Assembly (NCBI GenBank): GCA_029953675.1
Contig: JAMWBK010000006.1
Location: forward strand, 682,001-746,000
DNA length: 64,000 nt
Direction: 5' to 3'
Origin: Rhodosorus marinus CCMP1338
Lineage: Eukaryota > Plantae > Rhodophyta
In this document: in pieces, positions 43,951-56,740 of the stretch
Numbering within the stretch: the first letter of the stretch is position 1
Layout of the letters: each line of letters starts with the position of its first letter
Position numbers and translations under genes: made by a program
Notes under the pieces: generated by a model
What the model was told of the DNA's origin: nothing
Databases searched by the model: none
What the model saw: the letters and a program-made list of their open reading frames with translations, nothing else

Positions 43951-45892
43951 ATGAGTTTGGATGGAAAGCAGTGTAGTGGGGATGAAGTGGGGGAGGCGGG
44001 CAGGTCTTCCAGAACTGAGGAGAGACAGGATGCAGAGGAGCCTACAGAAGGGGGAAGAGAAGGTTCTTGGGATCCAGAATTTTTCGTTCCCGGAGGAGAA
44101 GAGGACGAGGAAGAGGAGGACTATGTGAATGAGAACATCAACGCGGAAACGTGAGTTGTTGTTCTTCCTGCTACTGAATATAGACAAGCTGACGATGACC
44201 TCCTCATCTTTGATCTAGCTGCTCTGGTATGGGTGGTTTATTCATTGGTTGTGGGATGAACCTTTGGAAGGCTTCCGAGACATTGGTTTCTAGACAAGCG
44301 ACGTCGCGTGTCGTGGGTCTTTCGATTTCTGAACTTGCGACGCTTTTTGACAATTCTGCATGTGACTGGATTGCCTCTTGTCGGATCGTTGGCCTCCAGG
44401 ATTCTCTACCACATTGGGATGATCGACATGACCGCTCAACCAGAGATTTTTCTGAATAATCTTCGCGACATGGTAATCTTCATCGATGACTCTATCATCC
44501 GAGCTTCTCTGAACCGAATGCCAGAATCTTCTGGGCCCCCGCCAGCAACACGTGAAATGATTGACGCTGTTGAGAAACGAGTCTACGACGGCTCTACGGA
44601 GCTCATGACTGAGAGTTGTGTAATCTGTCATGAGTCCTACGCCGCTGACGAGGAAATAGTGTATCTTCCTTGCAAGCATGAGTATCACTCGAATTGCGTT
44701 TCAACATGGCTACTCAAGCAAAACTCATGCCCGATTTGCCGTCGCGCTATACCCCCAGTGCCGGAAGGTAACACAAAGTAGCCTTCGCTTGGAAAATATT
44801 GTTGCGTTACTGTTGCTGATGTCCGTTTTTGATCCTACTTACCTCGACTGCTTCGTCAACAGAGCAAAAAGCTGAGCATTCCACTTCCGAGGTTGACCCA
44901 AACGAGGGTCACGAGAGAGCTGATCGAACGAGCAATCGTTCGGCTGATCAGGTTGACCAGATGACGGATCAGATGGCAAGCCGAATGGCCGATCAGATAG
45001 CGGATCACATGGCGACTCGAATTGCCGGTCAAATAGCTACCCAACACTCGAGACGCAATGCAGAGCAAATGCCGGGCCCGTCTGTCGTTCGGAGAGGAGC
45101 ACAGAGACGGACGCAGACAGAGGCTCAAACGCAAACGCCAGAGCTGGAGTCCGTGCGAATCCTGCGGCCACTGAGTTCTCGCGCACCTAGACCTGATACA
45201 CGTGAAGGCTCGGCTGGTTCGAGCCCGGCCGCACCGAGAGCGGCCATACCGCCAACACCAGCTCAAACTGGCAGCACTTTTACCAATGAGGGAGGCGATT
45301 CTAGGAGAGAGAGTAGTTCAAGGAACAGACCACATTTTAGAGCAACCGGAGCCCGTTCACTCGCCAATTGGATCATGGATCGCAGACGTCAGCGGAGGCG
45401 CAGGGACAGTGCGAATGGGGAGGGCGTTACAGTAAGTAGAACATCGGCTGAACTTTGTTGGGTACTTCGCAGAAGAGAACGAGTTGCTCATTTACGTGGC
45501 TATTGTATTTGTTTACCCACTTTCAGACTCGAAGAACGCGTAGAAGAATGCAAGGTCAGTCCTTTTTCTCAGCGCCGCGGGACAGCGGCCGAGAAGCTTC
45601 TGCGTCTCCTGGGCAATCGGCTCCCCAGAGCGGGCCCAATGGTACCACGGGAATTGCAGCTGCCACCGCGTTTGGTCCACCCCCAGCGACGGCTTCCGAG
45701 ACGGGTCGAGACCATGAAACGGAAGCTAGCCGCAATTCGAGTGAGAGGGCCAGCGACAGAGTCAGCGAGAGGGCTGGGTCTTCGTTCTCACTAGTGCTGC
45801 CGAGCTCCTTGCGGAGCGCAAGGGCGCTTATGTTCATCAGCATTCGAAGCACCCGCGTAGATGAAGAGGAGAACGAGAGCCAGGCAAGCTGA
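43951..45892 (+). CDS. RING-H2 E3 ubiquitin ligase (RNF126/Praja-like) with long disordered C-terminus
   Basis: SGPPPATREMIDAV then CVICHESY...LPCKHEYHSNCVSTWLLKQNSCPICR (C3H2C3). Introns 44151-44218, a second from 44227 (acceptor uncertain), ~44768-44862 and ~45433-45525. Confidence 0.85.
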
Positions 45893-47006
45893 TTCAACTT
45901 GAGTTCCGCGGAACCATTTTTGTTTTAACCGCGAGCACTGTGCGTTCGGAACAGAAAGTAGTTTACAGCGCGTGAAGCCGCAGCATTGGCTGCAGATCGG
46001 GTGGTATATTTTGTGGATATTTGATTTTTTAACACTGGTAGATGGTCTTCGAGTCCGTGTTTAGCGAAGCTCTCGTTGTACAGAGTGCCAACGGAACAGC
46101 TACATAGATATATATTTGTATGTATATATACGCATTGTATGCTGCTAAGCTGTATCTAGGCCCGTCCAAAAAAATAGAGCTACAAGAGAACTTTTCTGTT
46201 CGAATTGTCCATCGCAGCCTTGAGGAGTAGGTCCATACCCTTATCCTGCTTGCGGGTGACGCTATCTTCGGATGAGACTCCTCGCAACCTCATGGTGACA
46301 ATCCAATCATGCGATTAGTCTTACGTTGTCCTGAGAACACCCAAACTGTAGGCCAACGACCAAGCGTTTTTCAATAGGATTGCATTGGTCTTGTACACAT
46401 ATAGAGCTAGCTCATTTCGAACGTACTTGGGCTGGAATGATGCTCTTATAAATGGCACGTGTTAGCAAGTTCTGCACCACACGGAGTTCTAAGTCCTAGA
46501 TTGTTCTCCGACCCTCAATGACTACTTCAAGGTTCGGGTCTAACCTTTCGTTCGCGGCGTGGTTTGCTCTGAGGAGCTACATGCAAAGGTCTCTTTGCAG
46601 ACTGTAGCCAACGCAATCGGAGCCAGCAAGTAAACCCAGGAGAGGAGATCTTAGACTGCTGTAGGATTTGCAAAAGCTTGTAGGGTTGTTTCGTTGTCGT
46701 ACCTTTCCTTTCGTCTGGCTTGACGCAGTGCCGAAGATTCTTACTGATTCACTGATCGTGCGAATTTCTTCGCAGCGCGCACGAAAAGGACAGATTGCTC
46801 ATAGTGAGACTCTTAACAGGATACAGAGGCGTGGGACTCTTTAACGTTCGCTTTTCATGTATACTTACTGGGCACAATATCAACATCCTCAGTTTGCGAT
46901 GGCGAATGGTAAGTTCGAACGTTCCTCGACTAGTCGATCGCGATAGTTGGATTGAAAGAGATCGGAAGAATTCGAGCTTAAGAATTTTGCGTTTTTAGCG
47001 AAACAA

Positions 47007-47822
47007 TCAAGCACAGCACCCAATGTGTGATCGTACCTTCACCAAGGCTGTCTCAGCATCGTCCAGCAAGCACGTATGTCTCACGTTTTGAAAAGCGTCC
47101 TCTTTGTATGAGGGTAGTTCAGCTAGCGAGGACATCCCCTCTCGCCTCTGCTCTATTTTTTTCTCCACGATGACCAGATAAAAGCCTTCCCATTGACTAT
47201 AGACCTCAGCAAACCTTCTCAACCGACGCAACCCGGCCTACAACAAAGCTGTCCGAGTTCCTTTAAGAATGAACACATCCGTTCTTTCCGTAGAGAAGCT
47301 GAACTTGCTCTGGGCAGGGTACGCGGAACATTGTTCTAAGATGATGGAATAGGTAGCGCCTCCTTGCTTCAGGGGTCAATGACGTGACAACTTTTGTTTG
47401 AGCAACCGATCCGACTGTGTTGAAGCGATGTCCAGCTCGGAGATAGGATATGGATTTGTAACGGAGTTTGTGAGAGCTCGCGCCATTCAGCTTCAACCCG
47501 CTCTTCTTAACATTTTCAGAAACATGAGATTTGTCTCAAGTATGCCTGCAAAGGACTTAAACGCGTCTAAAGTCACAGTTGAGCCCACAGCAGAAGCAGA
47601 AGACCAGTGTATTCTTTTCTCCTGCGTTTACCAACGCTTTTCTAATGGTGTATCTTCTTCAGGTTCTCCAAGAGCATTAAAACTGAGTGAAGGGGCGGTT
47701 AGAGTCAGAACAACGAACAGAACTCGACGTCCAGACTCTAAAAAACGTTTGCTGACCACAGGGTCAAGGTGGGAATATGGGTCGCCCTCCGCAGTCACTG
47801 TCAGTTCCTCCCGCAGCCCTCG
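47007..47822 (-). pseudogene. Decayed reading frame of unknown family
   Basis: One minus frame reads LREELTVTAEGDPYSHLDPVVSKRFLESGRRVLFVVLTLTAP...GLRRLRRFAEVYSQWEGFYLVIVEKK, with about 5 internal stops in ~270 codons (~13 expected). No convincing splice model found. Confidence 0.25.
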
Positions 47823-49524
47823 ACATCAACTTAATTTATTCAACCATTCAATGGAAGGGGATGCTAAGCTATATTGAAGACCCTCCACTCAGACTGGCGC
47901 CCTACAGACCTTGATCCTGGACCTATCGCGATCGACCTCCACATCCGCATTCCAACATTCTCCCGATTCGCTCCCCTCGCATGCGAAAACCCTAGCTGCA
48001 CATTTGGGCTGCTCATCGGCCATCTAAATAAACCAGCCTCTGTGCAATCGGTTTGAAGTCTTCTAACCCATTCATCCAATACCGTTCGTATCAAATCCAT
48101 TTTATTCTATTTTCATGAAACTTTAAACCAATCATATTCACGAAAAATGGGTACAGCCCAACTACTTCATGCCTTTGGCTCCTTCTATGAGTTTTCCATT
48201 GTAAATAGAGTAAAATGAAGGGTTTTCTATTATCCAATCATCATGCTTGTCAAGAATTTCTACCACCCAACATCGGGGATCCCTATCTTGACTGCAAAAA
48301 TGGTTCTTTTTGGCAGAAGAGAAAACAGTTTCGTTGGACTTTTTCGTAGTTTTCGAATGAAATACAGCCCTTTCCCTTTCTCTTCGTATTTGAAATTCGA
48401 CTAAGCCATATTGTTAAATACGATATGATTGGGCTGCCCCTTCCAGAGTTGCGCAAGAAGGTTGAAATCTTTATTTGCCCCGATTCATTTTCTTGACATA
48501 CTCAGTAAAAATTCCTATACAACGAATTGTCCACCTTCACCTCACCCACCCTTTGCTTTCGGCGCATCAGAATAGGACTTCAGCTATTATATTCATATAA
48601 GTTTAAAAAAAAGCAACTATGAAACGTGATCGGCACCGCCGAATCATACCCCTTCAACAGCAAAAACAAATCCGAAGAGGAGAGAATCCTCGTCTGGGCG
48701 GCAGGCTCAAGTAATCTGCCCTTTCTTTTTGGAACCCTCCCTCTACCTTTGCGATTCAGCACGAAAATCAAAGAAGATATCCTCTCAGTAAACTGACTGC
48801 TGACATTTTTATTTCTTTAAAACAAAAGCAGAACGCGTGCTTCCCAAGGACATATTGTAGGGAAGATGTCTCTCCATACCCTCCAAAATATACTTGCAAA
48901 CCAAAAATATATGTTTTTCCTCATTGCCTTCCCCCCCCCTACCTTTCTTGGCAGTAGGAAATATTGCCAGTTACTACCTCATCCAATCAATGCGTATTGT
49001 AAGATATTGATGTTCAATTTACTCCAATCAAGATAAGTTTCCGGTATTTTGATTGAATTCTATGCCAATCAAAATATGGATTCGTCTATGGTTCTGTTTT
49101 TTTTTAGTATCTTAAAGCATCTCATTTCGAGCAAGTTTACTTGAAAGATAGGCTTTCGTTGTTGACGTTGGGACCTTTGACGGGTTTCGTTTTGTGATGG
49201 TATACATAGTTGGGTAGTGAAGGGCCTTGTTAGAGGGTGAAGCGGAGAGGAGGGTGGTGGAGGGAAGCGTTGGGTTGGTTTGGTAGACTGTCTGAAATAT
49301 ATAGAGTTAGTTGCCTGGTTTTTGGTTTGTTTGGTTTTTTTTCGAGATCTTTTGGGGAGGGAGGAAGGGAGGGGGGGGGGGGTGTGTGGGTGGACGAAGG
49401 GCTTTTTTTGTTTTTTTTATCGTTTGGAGGGGAGGTATCTGTCGTGATGGGTGTTGGATTTGTCGGTAGTTCGTGTGTCAAGGCATCTGGTAGATGTCGG
49501 GATCAGAAGAAAACGAGGTTGCGT

Positions 49525-50644
49525 ATGACAATTGTCCCCGGCGAGTGGGACGTGGTGGACAATGATCCCTCTTGTGGTTCTGGAGTAAATCTGAGCTTTT
49601 CAAAAAGGTGTCATCAGTATTGGAGTGATATACCCAATACGTTTAAGACAAGGCGGGGCTCCGGAATGTGGCGGGACACTGATTTTGATGAGTCCCGGAA
49701 CGTGCCTGTTGACCATGTCCATGTCGCGTTTGACGAGACACATGTTGAGGGTTCTGTCCTTGTAGATCGTCCTGTTTCTGCACCGAAGCAGCGTTCTCGA
49801 CCGGAGAGGAAAGTTCGGGGTATCTGGGCGATGGCAGATCTGGATCCGTCCAGGATGAGCGTCTCGCAAGTTTCCAAGGACACTGTCGATGTTGACCCGT
49901 CCAAATATGGGTTCGTGGTTGCTCGCCTTGCGCAAATAAAGCTTCAGCAGAGGAAGCAGCCAGCTGCACTTCGGTCTGAGAATGTGGACGTTGATCCCAG
50001 CAACGCTGGAGACATGACCAGTCGCTGGGACAGATGTGATCTCGACGGATCCAGCGTTGGATCGGTTGCGCTGGCACACGGCAAGGTGCCGACCCACGCT
50101 AAGCTTTCGCAGTCTATGGCGGATTCCAATGGACTATTTGTCGACAAAGATCCGTCCTGTATGTCCGACGTTGACGAAAAGGAAGCGGACAAAGCCATGT
50201 GGTCGAACGTAGGTTGGGATGAGACTCACGACGTCTCTAGCAATGTTTCACCACGGCGAACCAGCAGAACAATTCCGATGCAGCTTCTATGGCTTCTTGA
50301 GCAGAGGAACCGCGTTTTCCTCGAGACCGTAGCGGGTGGAAACTTTGTAATCATTGCACGTTCTGGAGGTAAGTTTTTTCGCAAGAGGCATAGGAACTTT
50401 TGAGGGCAAGTTTGCTAACCCACATCTACCGATATTGTCTTTGTTAGGAACTGTCGCCGCTGCTTTCGTCATTGAGGGTGCAGACCTGCGGAGGACCCGC
50501 GCCGAGATGCCCTCTAACATGGGGCTCCACGAAGTTACTCCTGAAATGTACTCATTCCTGCGCAAGCTCGCGCAGGAGGAGCTGGACGACCTCGTGTCAA
50601 AGTTCGAAGGAAAGGAGCTGATCATGGCTGGGGATGGCATCTAA
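49525..50644 (+). CDS. Orphan protein with repeated DxDPS motifs and a small C-terminal globular domain
   Basis: ATG at 49525; intron 50369-50447 (GTAAGT, branch GCTAAC, TAG) joins ...FVIIARSG to GTVAAAFVIEGADLRRTRAEMP...LIMAGDGI* in frame. No family recognised. Confidence 0.72.
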
Positions 50645-50996
50645 GCCGTTTTCGGCGGGCCTTTGGTGCTTTGTGAGAAAGAAAATAGTTGTTTCTTGAT
50701 GTTTCTGTCTATGGAAGACATTTTGTGAATCTAGGATTTTATTCAACTTTGTCCGCCTCGTGTTTCAATGGGAATGAAAAGTTGCAAAACTAAACAAGAA
50801 AAATAAGAGTTATTCATATATGGATACCAAGGTGCAGAGTGGCTTGTTTTCTCTAGCGAATTCTTCTTTCTTTTCACTACGAAACTCCCTTCTCTGTAAA
50901 AGTCTTGAGTATGGGTCATCTTTTCGGCTTGGACAGCTCTTGCTTCTCGTGGCAAAACACCGCAGTGCATTTCTTCTTTCTACACCATCTCCCGAC

Positions 50997-51641
50997 CTAC
51001 TCGCCCAGTACAGCTCGTGCCATTCTTGGAAGGCGCTTCCCTTCAACTTCGTCTTGCAGGATCACATTCGAAGTGCAGGGGAGCTCTATCATCTGCTGGC
51101 TAGCGACCTTATCCTGGAGGATACCAGGTAAGAAGTACACGTGCCGCCAGAAAAATTTAACTCTCTCAGGATTCGCCAACAGTGGTTCCGACTGGTGCAC
51201 CTTTCCACCCATGTATATGTCTCCCCCAAGGTGAGTTGTCCCAGTGACGGTTTTCTCGTCATGAATCCAGTACCAAGGAGCCTGATCCCCGAGTACGAAG
51301 TCCGAGGACGACGCGAGCGGCCCCCCTTGAAACATTAGGTTATCTCTGAACGCAGAAAAATGAGATATTCTCAAATCACCCACAGCCACCGGTGTGGGTC
51401 TGTTCGTCACCAGTGCGCCTGTCCCATGCTTCTCAGTGTGCTCAAATACAAGCAGTACGGCATTTCTAAGATGGAACAACTCATCATCTCCACTCCCATC
51501 AGCCCCGCAGAAAGAATCCCTGGAAGATGTCAAAACTGTGCCAGGACCTAGACTGCACCTCCATCTACTCTTCACGAAACGCCTTTCAGCCGAAACTGCA
51601 TCCCTCCTCCTCAACGCCAGACCTCCACCCAAAAAGGCCAT
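50997..51641 (-). CDS. DUF179 (YqgE/AlgH) family protein, probably plastid-targeted
   Basis: MAF start with a basic transit-like leader; NAVLLVFEHTEKHGTGALVTNRPT, LMFQGGP, IYMGG, VKFFWRHVYFLPGILQDKV match the DUF179 layout. The 3' end may be spliced further. Confidence 0.78.
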   Translation of the reverse strand: MAFLGGGLALRRRDAVSAERRFVKSRWRCSLGPGTVLTSSRDSFCGADGSGDDELFHLRNAVLLVFEHTEKHGTGALVTNRPTPVAVGDLRISHFSAFRDNLMFQGGPLASSSDFVLGDQAPWYWIHDEKTVTGTTHLGGDIYMGGKVHQSEPLLANPERVKFFWRHVYFLPGILQDKVASQQMIELPCTSNVILQDEVEGKRLPRMARAVLGE

Positions 51642-53074
51642 GCTCAGCTCCCTCCGTTCTTACTCCTGCACGCGCACCCTCCCTCCCTTCTCTCAAACCA
51701 CGAAGGGAAACACTCAAAAAAACGCTCTATGAACTCCAGAAGGACACCCTTAGAATTCCCTTAGAATTCCCTTTTCTTTGTCACTTCCAGTCATCCACGT
51801 CATCTACATCCCACCAGCATCCATATTAAAATCGTTAATAAAAGCCTCCCCTCAAATACTTCCTTCCCAACCCCAGCTCATTCCCCTAAACGATCCCGTC
51901 AACGCCTTCGCCATTAAAACTCCCAAAGCCAAAAAAATCGATGTATCCCCACACATTAAAATGATTGAACTGACCGATCTCAAATGACTAACACACAATT
52001 TATTTTCATAAATAAATATATTATTATCCAATGAATTTCCGGTTATGTATATCATGATTGAAAACTAGCTTTTTAATTAATTTATTCAACCTTAATAATG
52101 ACTGCCCGCGATCTTCGACAAGGAAAATATCTGCTCGGACAAATGTCCATTTTTGGCCATAAAAAGGAGCAACTTACCATGCATTTCAATTGGCACGAAA
52201 AAAATATTAAAACAATAGTATCTAGAATATGTCATTGGTCAGAAACATTGTTTATTTGGAAATAAAAAGGCAGCTTTAGAGGGTTCGTTTTTTTTCTCAA
52301 AACGATCTAACATGATCATGATTGACTTCAATCGTTTTGGGGTTTTAATGGTTTTTATCCTCTTTTTTCCGTTGTGGTCGGAGAAAACCCAAATCAGTTC
52401 TCTGCTGATATGCGATGGGCTGCGGAAGGGGCGTGTAAGCTCTGTGGTACCAGTAGGAACAAGTCTCGAATGGAGAAGGTACAACCTACATCTGCTCCTG
52501 AACTCTCTGACGGATAAGGGAGCCTGGTGACGTGAAATGTTTTCTATCTTTTACCTCCTTTTGAAGGGACAAGGATTGATCTGCGACTGATCCTGACCTA
52601 GTGGGCATTGCCTGGAGGATCAGTGGTTGGACTAGTACTCGTCGGACCCTGCATTCATATGCGACTGATTTTGCAAGTACTATACTCAAGCTATGTATCG
52701 AGGTAGGGGATGCTTGTGAACAGTTGCGCAGTTCCCTCGCGGGGCTCCCGTTTGAGATAGACGGAACTCGAATGCATTCCTTTGAAGCTTGTCTTGCTGC
52801 ATGCTTGTGGCTCTGCCTCTGAGCACGTCCTAAGTAAGGGTCTCGTAGACGTGTCCTTTCATAAAGGCTTTAGTAGCCTTGTAGGAGAGCGCAATGAACC
52901 TACGCTTCTACTGGATTGCTCTCTCAAATCGTTCCTACTATACTGGCGTCTGCTGATAGTCATTGTAGAGATCTAGCGTATTGAGGTGAGCATTCGTGTG
53001 CGTGTCACGTTGGCCTTGCTCTTGAAGCTTGATCAGCTTCAAATGACCTAGATGTTTCTGGCTTGTATTCTAGT

Positions 53075-54359
53075 ATGGAAAAGGTCGATGTCGTTATAGT
53101 AGGAGCAGGCGTAGTCGGTTTAGCGATTGCAAGAGAACTGTCTCTTGAACAGGGCAGAGAAGTCTTGATCCTGGAACAGCATGAATCGTTCGGCAGCGAG
53201 ACATCATCGAGAAATTCTGAGGTGATCCACGCAGGCATATACTATAGGCCTGGATCGCTGAAAGCGAAAACTTGCGTTGAAGGAAACAAGCTGCTGTACC
53301 AGTATTGCACGGGCAGGACTATCCCACACAAAAGGACTACGAAGCTGATCGTCGCAACGGAACCGGATGAGGTATTCTGCGTGTATTAGTCGTCCTTTTC
53401 GTACACCCTGACGCACTGAAAAGCAAATTGCGAAACGATACCTTACCATTACCTAGGTTGCAAGGCTTGAGTCGATTCGCGTAAACTCGCGCGCAAATGG
53501 ATGCGAACCGCTGCGGTGGATGACAGGAGCGGAAGTCCGCCAGCTGGAACCAGAAATCACTTGCCACGCGGCGCTATTTTCGCCAGCCACGGGCGTAGTA
53601 GACAGCCACAGTTTCATGCTATCACTCCTAGGAGAAGCGGAGGCTGCGGGTAGTACGGCGGTGTTTTGCACCGAAGTGACTGGTGGTGAGATCGGCAGCT
53701 CGGGCCCTGTGAAAATCGAAGCTCAATCGGGTGGTGAAACGACTCAGCTGGACGCCAACTGCGTCATAAACGCCGCCGGGCTCCATGCCGTAAGCCTCGC
53801 GGGTAGAATCAAGGGCATAAACCTTGACAATCTACCCAAGATGCAGTTTTCAAAAGGTAACTACTTCGGGATTACGGGTAGACCACAGATTTCGCGTCTG
53901 ATCTATCCCGTTCCGGTGAGGGGTGGACTCGGCGTGCACCTTACGCTGGATCTAGCCGGAAGGGTTCGTTTTGGACCTGACAACGAACAAGTCAGAGAAA
54001 TTAATTATAGGGTCAATCCGAGCAGGGCAACAGAATTCTACAGCAGGGTAAGCTGATGAACGCCCTAATTCCATTCTTCTTGGATATTCAATCAGTAAGA
54101 GTCTGATGGACTAGACCGACTTGTCTCCTGTGAAAACAAGATTCGCAGGTTTTGGCCCGGGCTCGAGGATGGAGCCCTAACGCCTGACTACTCCGGGATT
54201 CGCCCTCAGGTCTCTATTGCGGGGGGGAGCTTTCGCGATTTTCTTGTCACATCGGCTGGGTCTCGAGGGCAGCTGATTAACCTCTTCGCGATTGAGTCTC
54301 CTGGACTGACCGCTGCCTTGTCCCTTGCGAAATATATCGCCCGGATTGTTCCTGGCTAA
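53075..54359 (+). CDS. L2HGDH: L-2-hydroxyglutarate dehydrogenase-like FAD oxidoreductase
   Basis: [112 protein letters not shown]. Introns ~53372-53457 and ~54048-54148. Confidence 0.92.
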
Positions 54360-55750
54360 TCAGAGAACCGGCTTGCTTCGACCAAGTGGGGGAGGGATGT
54401 CTGTCCCCCCCGATCTGCAAATAAAAACCTCCTCCACAGCCGTTTTTGTGCACAGAGCGCTTTTTCTGCAACTCTTATCCAAAGTTCACCAACGTTCTCG
54501 GTGCGAACCTCATGGAGCGCAGCCGAGGGATGGATCATCCAGATTGAAGTGGCTTTTGGTACAGTCGGAGGACAGCAGTCAAGCCCAGGTCGACCAGTTC
54601 CGAATTGCGCACACTCTTAATAGCGAATGGTACTGATCCCCCAGGCCTAGTTCGGCCTCCAGACCGCAGCACGCAGCACTCGATCTGAGGGCTCCTACCA
54701 GACGAGGGCGACATGGCCAGCGTCAGGACCGCGGGGAATGCATCCTGGCGGCAGCTGTAGAACCAAAAGAAGCGAATGCAGGAGGCCCACGGCACGATCA
54801 CTTACTTCAAGCCTCCGAGCGGGCAACAGTTCTTCTAAAGGGGGTGGTTCTGGAGCTGAAAGAAGTCCTTGAAGAAACTTGCGTTCAGCGCTGCTCGAGA
54901 AAAGGCCTGTGTGCTGACGAACGTGTGAGATGTTCCGTGAAGACCAAAACCTTAAAACAAACCTCTCTACAGAACCGTGGCACACTCTCGCTTATCTGTT
55001 CTAATCGGGCAGGTCACCACAAAGACAGGGCTTAGAACACGTGGCCAGATGTCAAAAGCTCATCTCAACAGGTACCAAAAGGTCCCGCCCCTCGAACGCA
55101 AATGACCAAACTGGGACATCGGGACAAAAACCCGCACAGCACCTGACTATCTCAAATTCAAGCAGCTATACTAAAATATAGACGTGTTCAGACAAAAAAA
55201 ATTGAAAATTCAAAATATAGCGAATCATACTAAATAAAGCATATATCTAAACTAAATAAATGACAACACTACTTTACCCCCTGCAAAGGTTCCACAGAGA
55301 TGACAAGTAAAACTTGACTAGGTCACAAAATAACCTATTTAGATAATTAAAGAGCAGATATACAATATTTATTTGTCACTATGTATTTATGAATTATTAT
55401 TTACATTTGCTTTATATTAGGGGCTGAAGTGGTTCGTTCTAGATTTAGAGAGTTTGGAAGGGTTTTCTATTTTTTGGAATGGCATAGGCTGGGCGAGTCC
55501 ATACAATGGCATCGACGAAGTTGAGACTGTAGGAGGGAAACAGTGAACAAGAAACGCTCTAAGGTGTAGGAGGAAAGAAGATGAGGAGAGGCAACCCGTT
55601 TACTGTTTGAGTAGAGCGATTCTGAGAACAGATTGATTTTTGGGAGTTTTTGGATCGACCCGTGACGATCTCTGGGCGGGGTTCGGCGTGTGCAACTTTT
55701 CTTCTTTCTTTTTCCGCTGTGTAGGGGCTGGGTCGGTGGAGTTCAGAGGA

Positions 55751-56740
55751 ATGATACAGGACTTCAAGAGTAAGTTCATCCACGCGAGTTTTTGTTTTTG
55801 CTGTCTTTTTTTTGATTTAGCTTAAGGAGGAACGGACCAGAGTTTTGGATGCCAAGCACAAGAAAACTGGATCTGTTCGATCCAATCGCACTTTCGATTT
55901 ATGTGTTGAAACATGTTAGGCTTGTGGTTCTTTATTGCATATATGGTGGCGTATAGTTCTAATACATTGTTTCCTTTGGAATATTCAGAAATTGGCATAG
56001 GTTTAACAGCATGCGGTCTCGGATTCACTTTTCTCGGGGTACTTCAGTCAGCAAAAAACACGTTTAGTTTTCTAGTCTCTGAATCACTCTTGAAATGGAT
56101 TTCTTTGGATTAGATTATTTTACTATTCGATGCTGCGTTGATAGCCATGGGTAACGTAAGCATGATGTTATCCCTATGACTTTTCTGGACGATGAACTCT
56201 TCTAACGCAGATGGTTTCCACAATGGCCGCGCTATGTGGCAACGATGCTTCTGACTTTTTAGATTCTGTTCCTCTCTGGTGTGACCCTGGTCATCGGACC
56301 GCAGCGCTCGGTCACCTTTTTCTTTCAGAAGAAAAAACTCAAAGGATCAATTGTCTTCTTCGTCGGCATCGCGTTGGTTCTCATAAGTGAGCTAGCAAAC
56401 ACCAAACCGAGAACCTCAATTTCGATGCGCTTAGCGTTCTGCTCATCGAGCTCTGAATTCCTCAATTCTTTTCCCCTGCGATTATCAGAATGGCCCGTAA
56501 TTGGAATACTTGTTGAATCTTTCGGATTCATTAATCTGTTCGGGTATGGAAAATCGCAATTCATAGCCACGTCTTGGACTCTACGCTCTGGCTGAACAAC
56601 CGTTTCGTCTTTCTAGGGACTTCTTCCCAATCGCCGTGACCTTCCTCCGCCGTTTGCCGATTATCGGCAACCTCCTGAGCTTGCCATATATCAGCGATCT
56701 CGTGGACAAGTTCGTCGCATCAAGCAAGCTGCCTGTCTAG
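55751..56740 (+). CDS. GOT1: Got1/GOLT1 Golgi vesicle transport protein (6 exons)
   Basis: Spliced product MIQDFKKIGIGLTACGLGFTFLG-IILLFDAALIAMGN-ILFLSGVTLVIGPQRSVTFFFQKKKLKGSIVFFVGIALVLI-KWPVIGILVESFGFINLFG-DFFPIAVTFLRRLPIIGNLLSLP... matches Got1 throughout. Confidence 0.93.

Noticed and set aside
47398-47877. 159-aa plus-strand ORF
   Set aside because: Ser-rich text in register with the stop-poor minus frame, so most likely an antisense shadow.
49237-49524. N-terminal extension of the 388-aa ORF
   Set aside because: Translation of the GT-rich, homopolymer-laden leader typical of 5' regions here; the first ATG after the low-complexity stretch is 49525.
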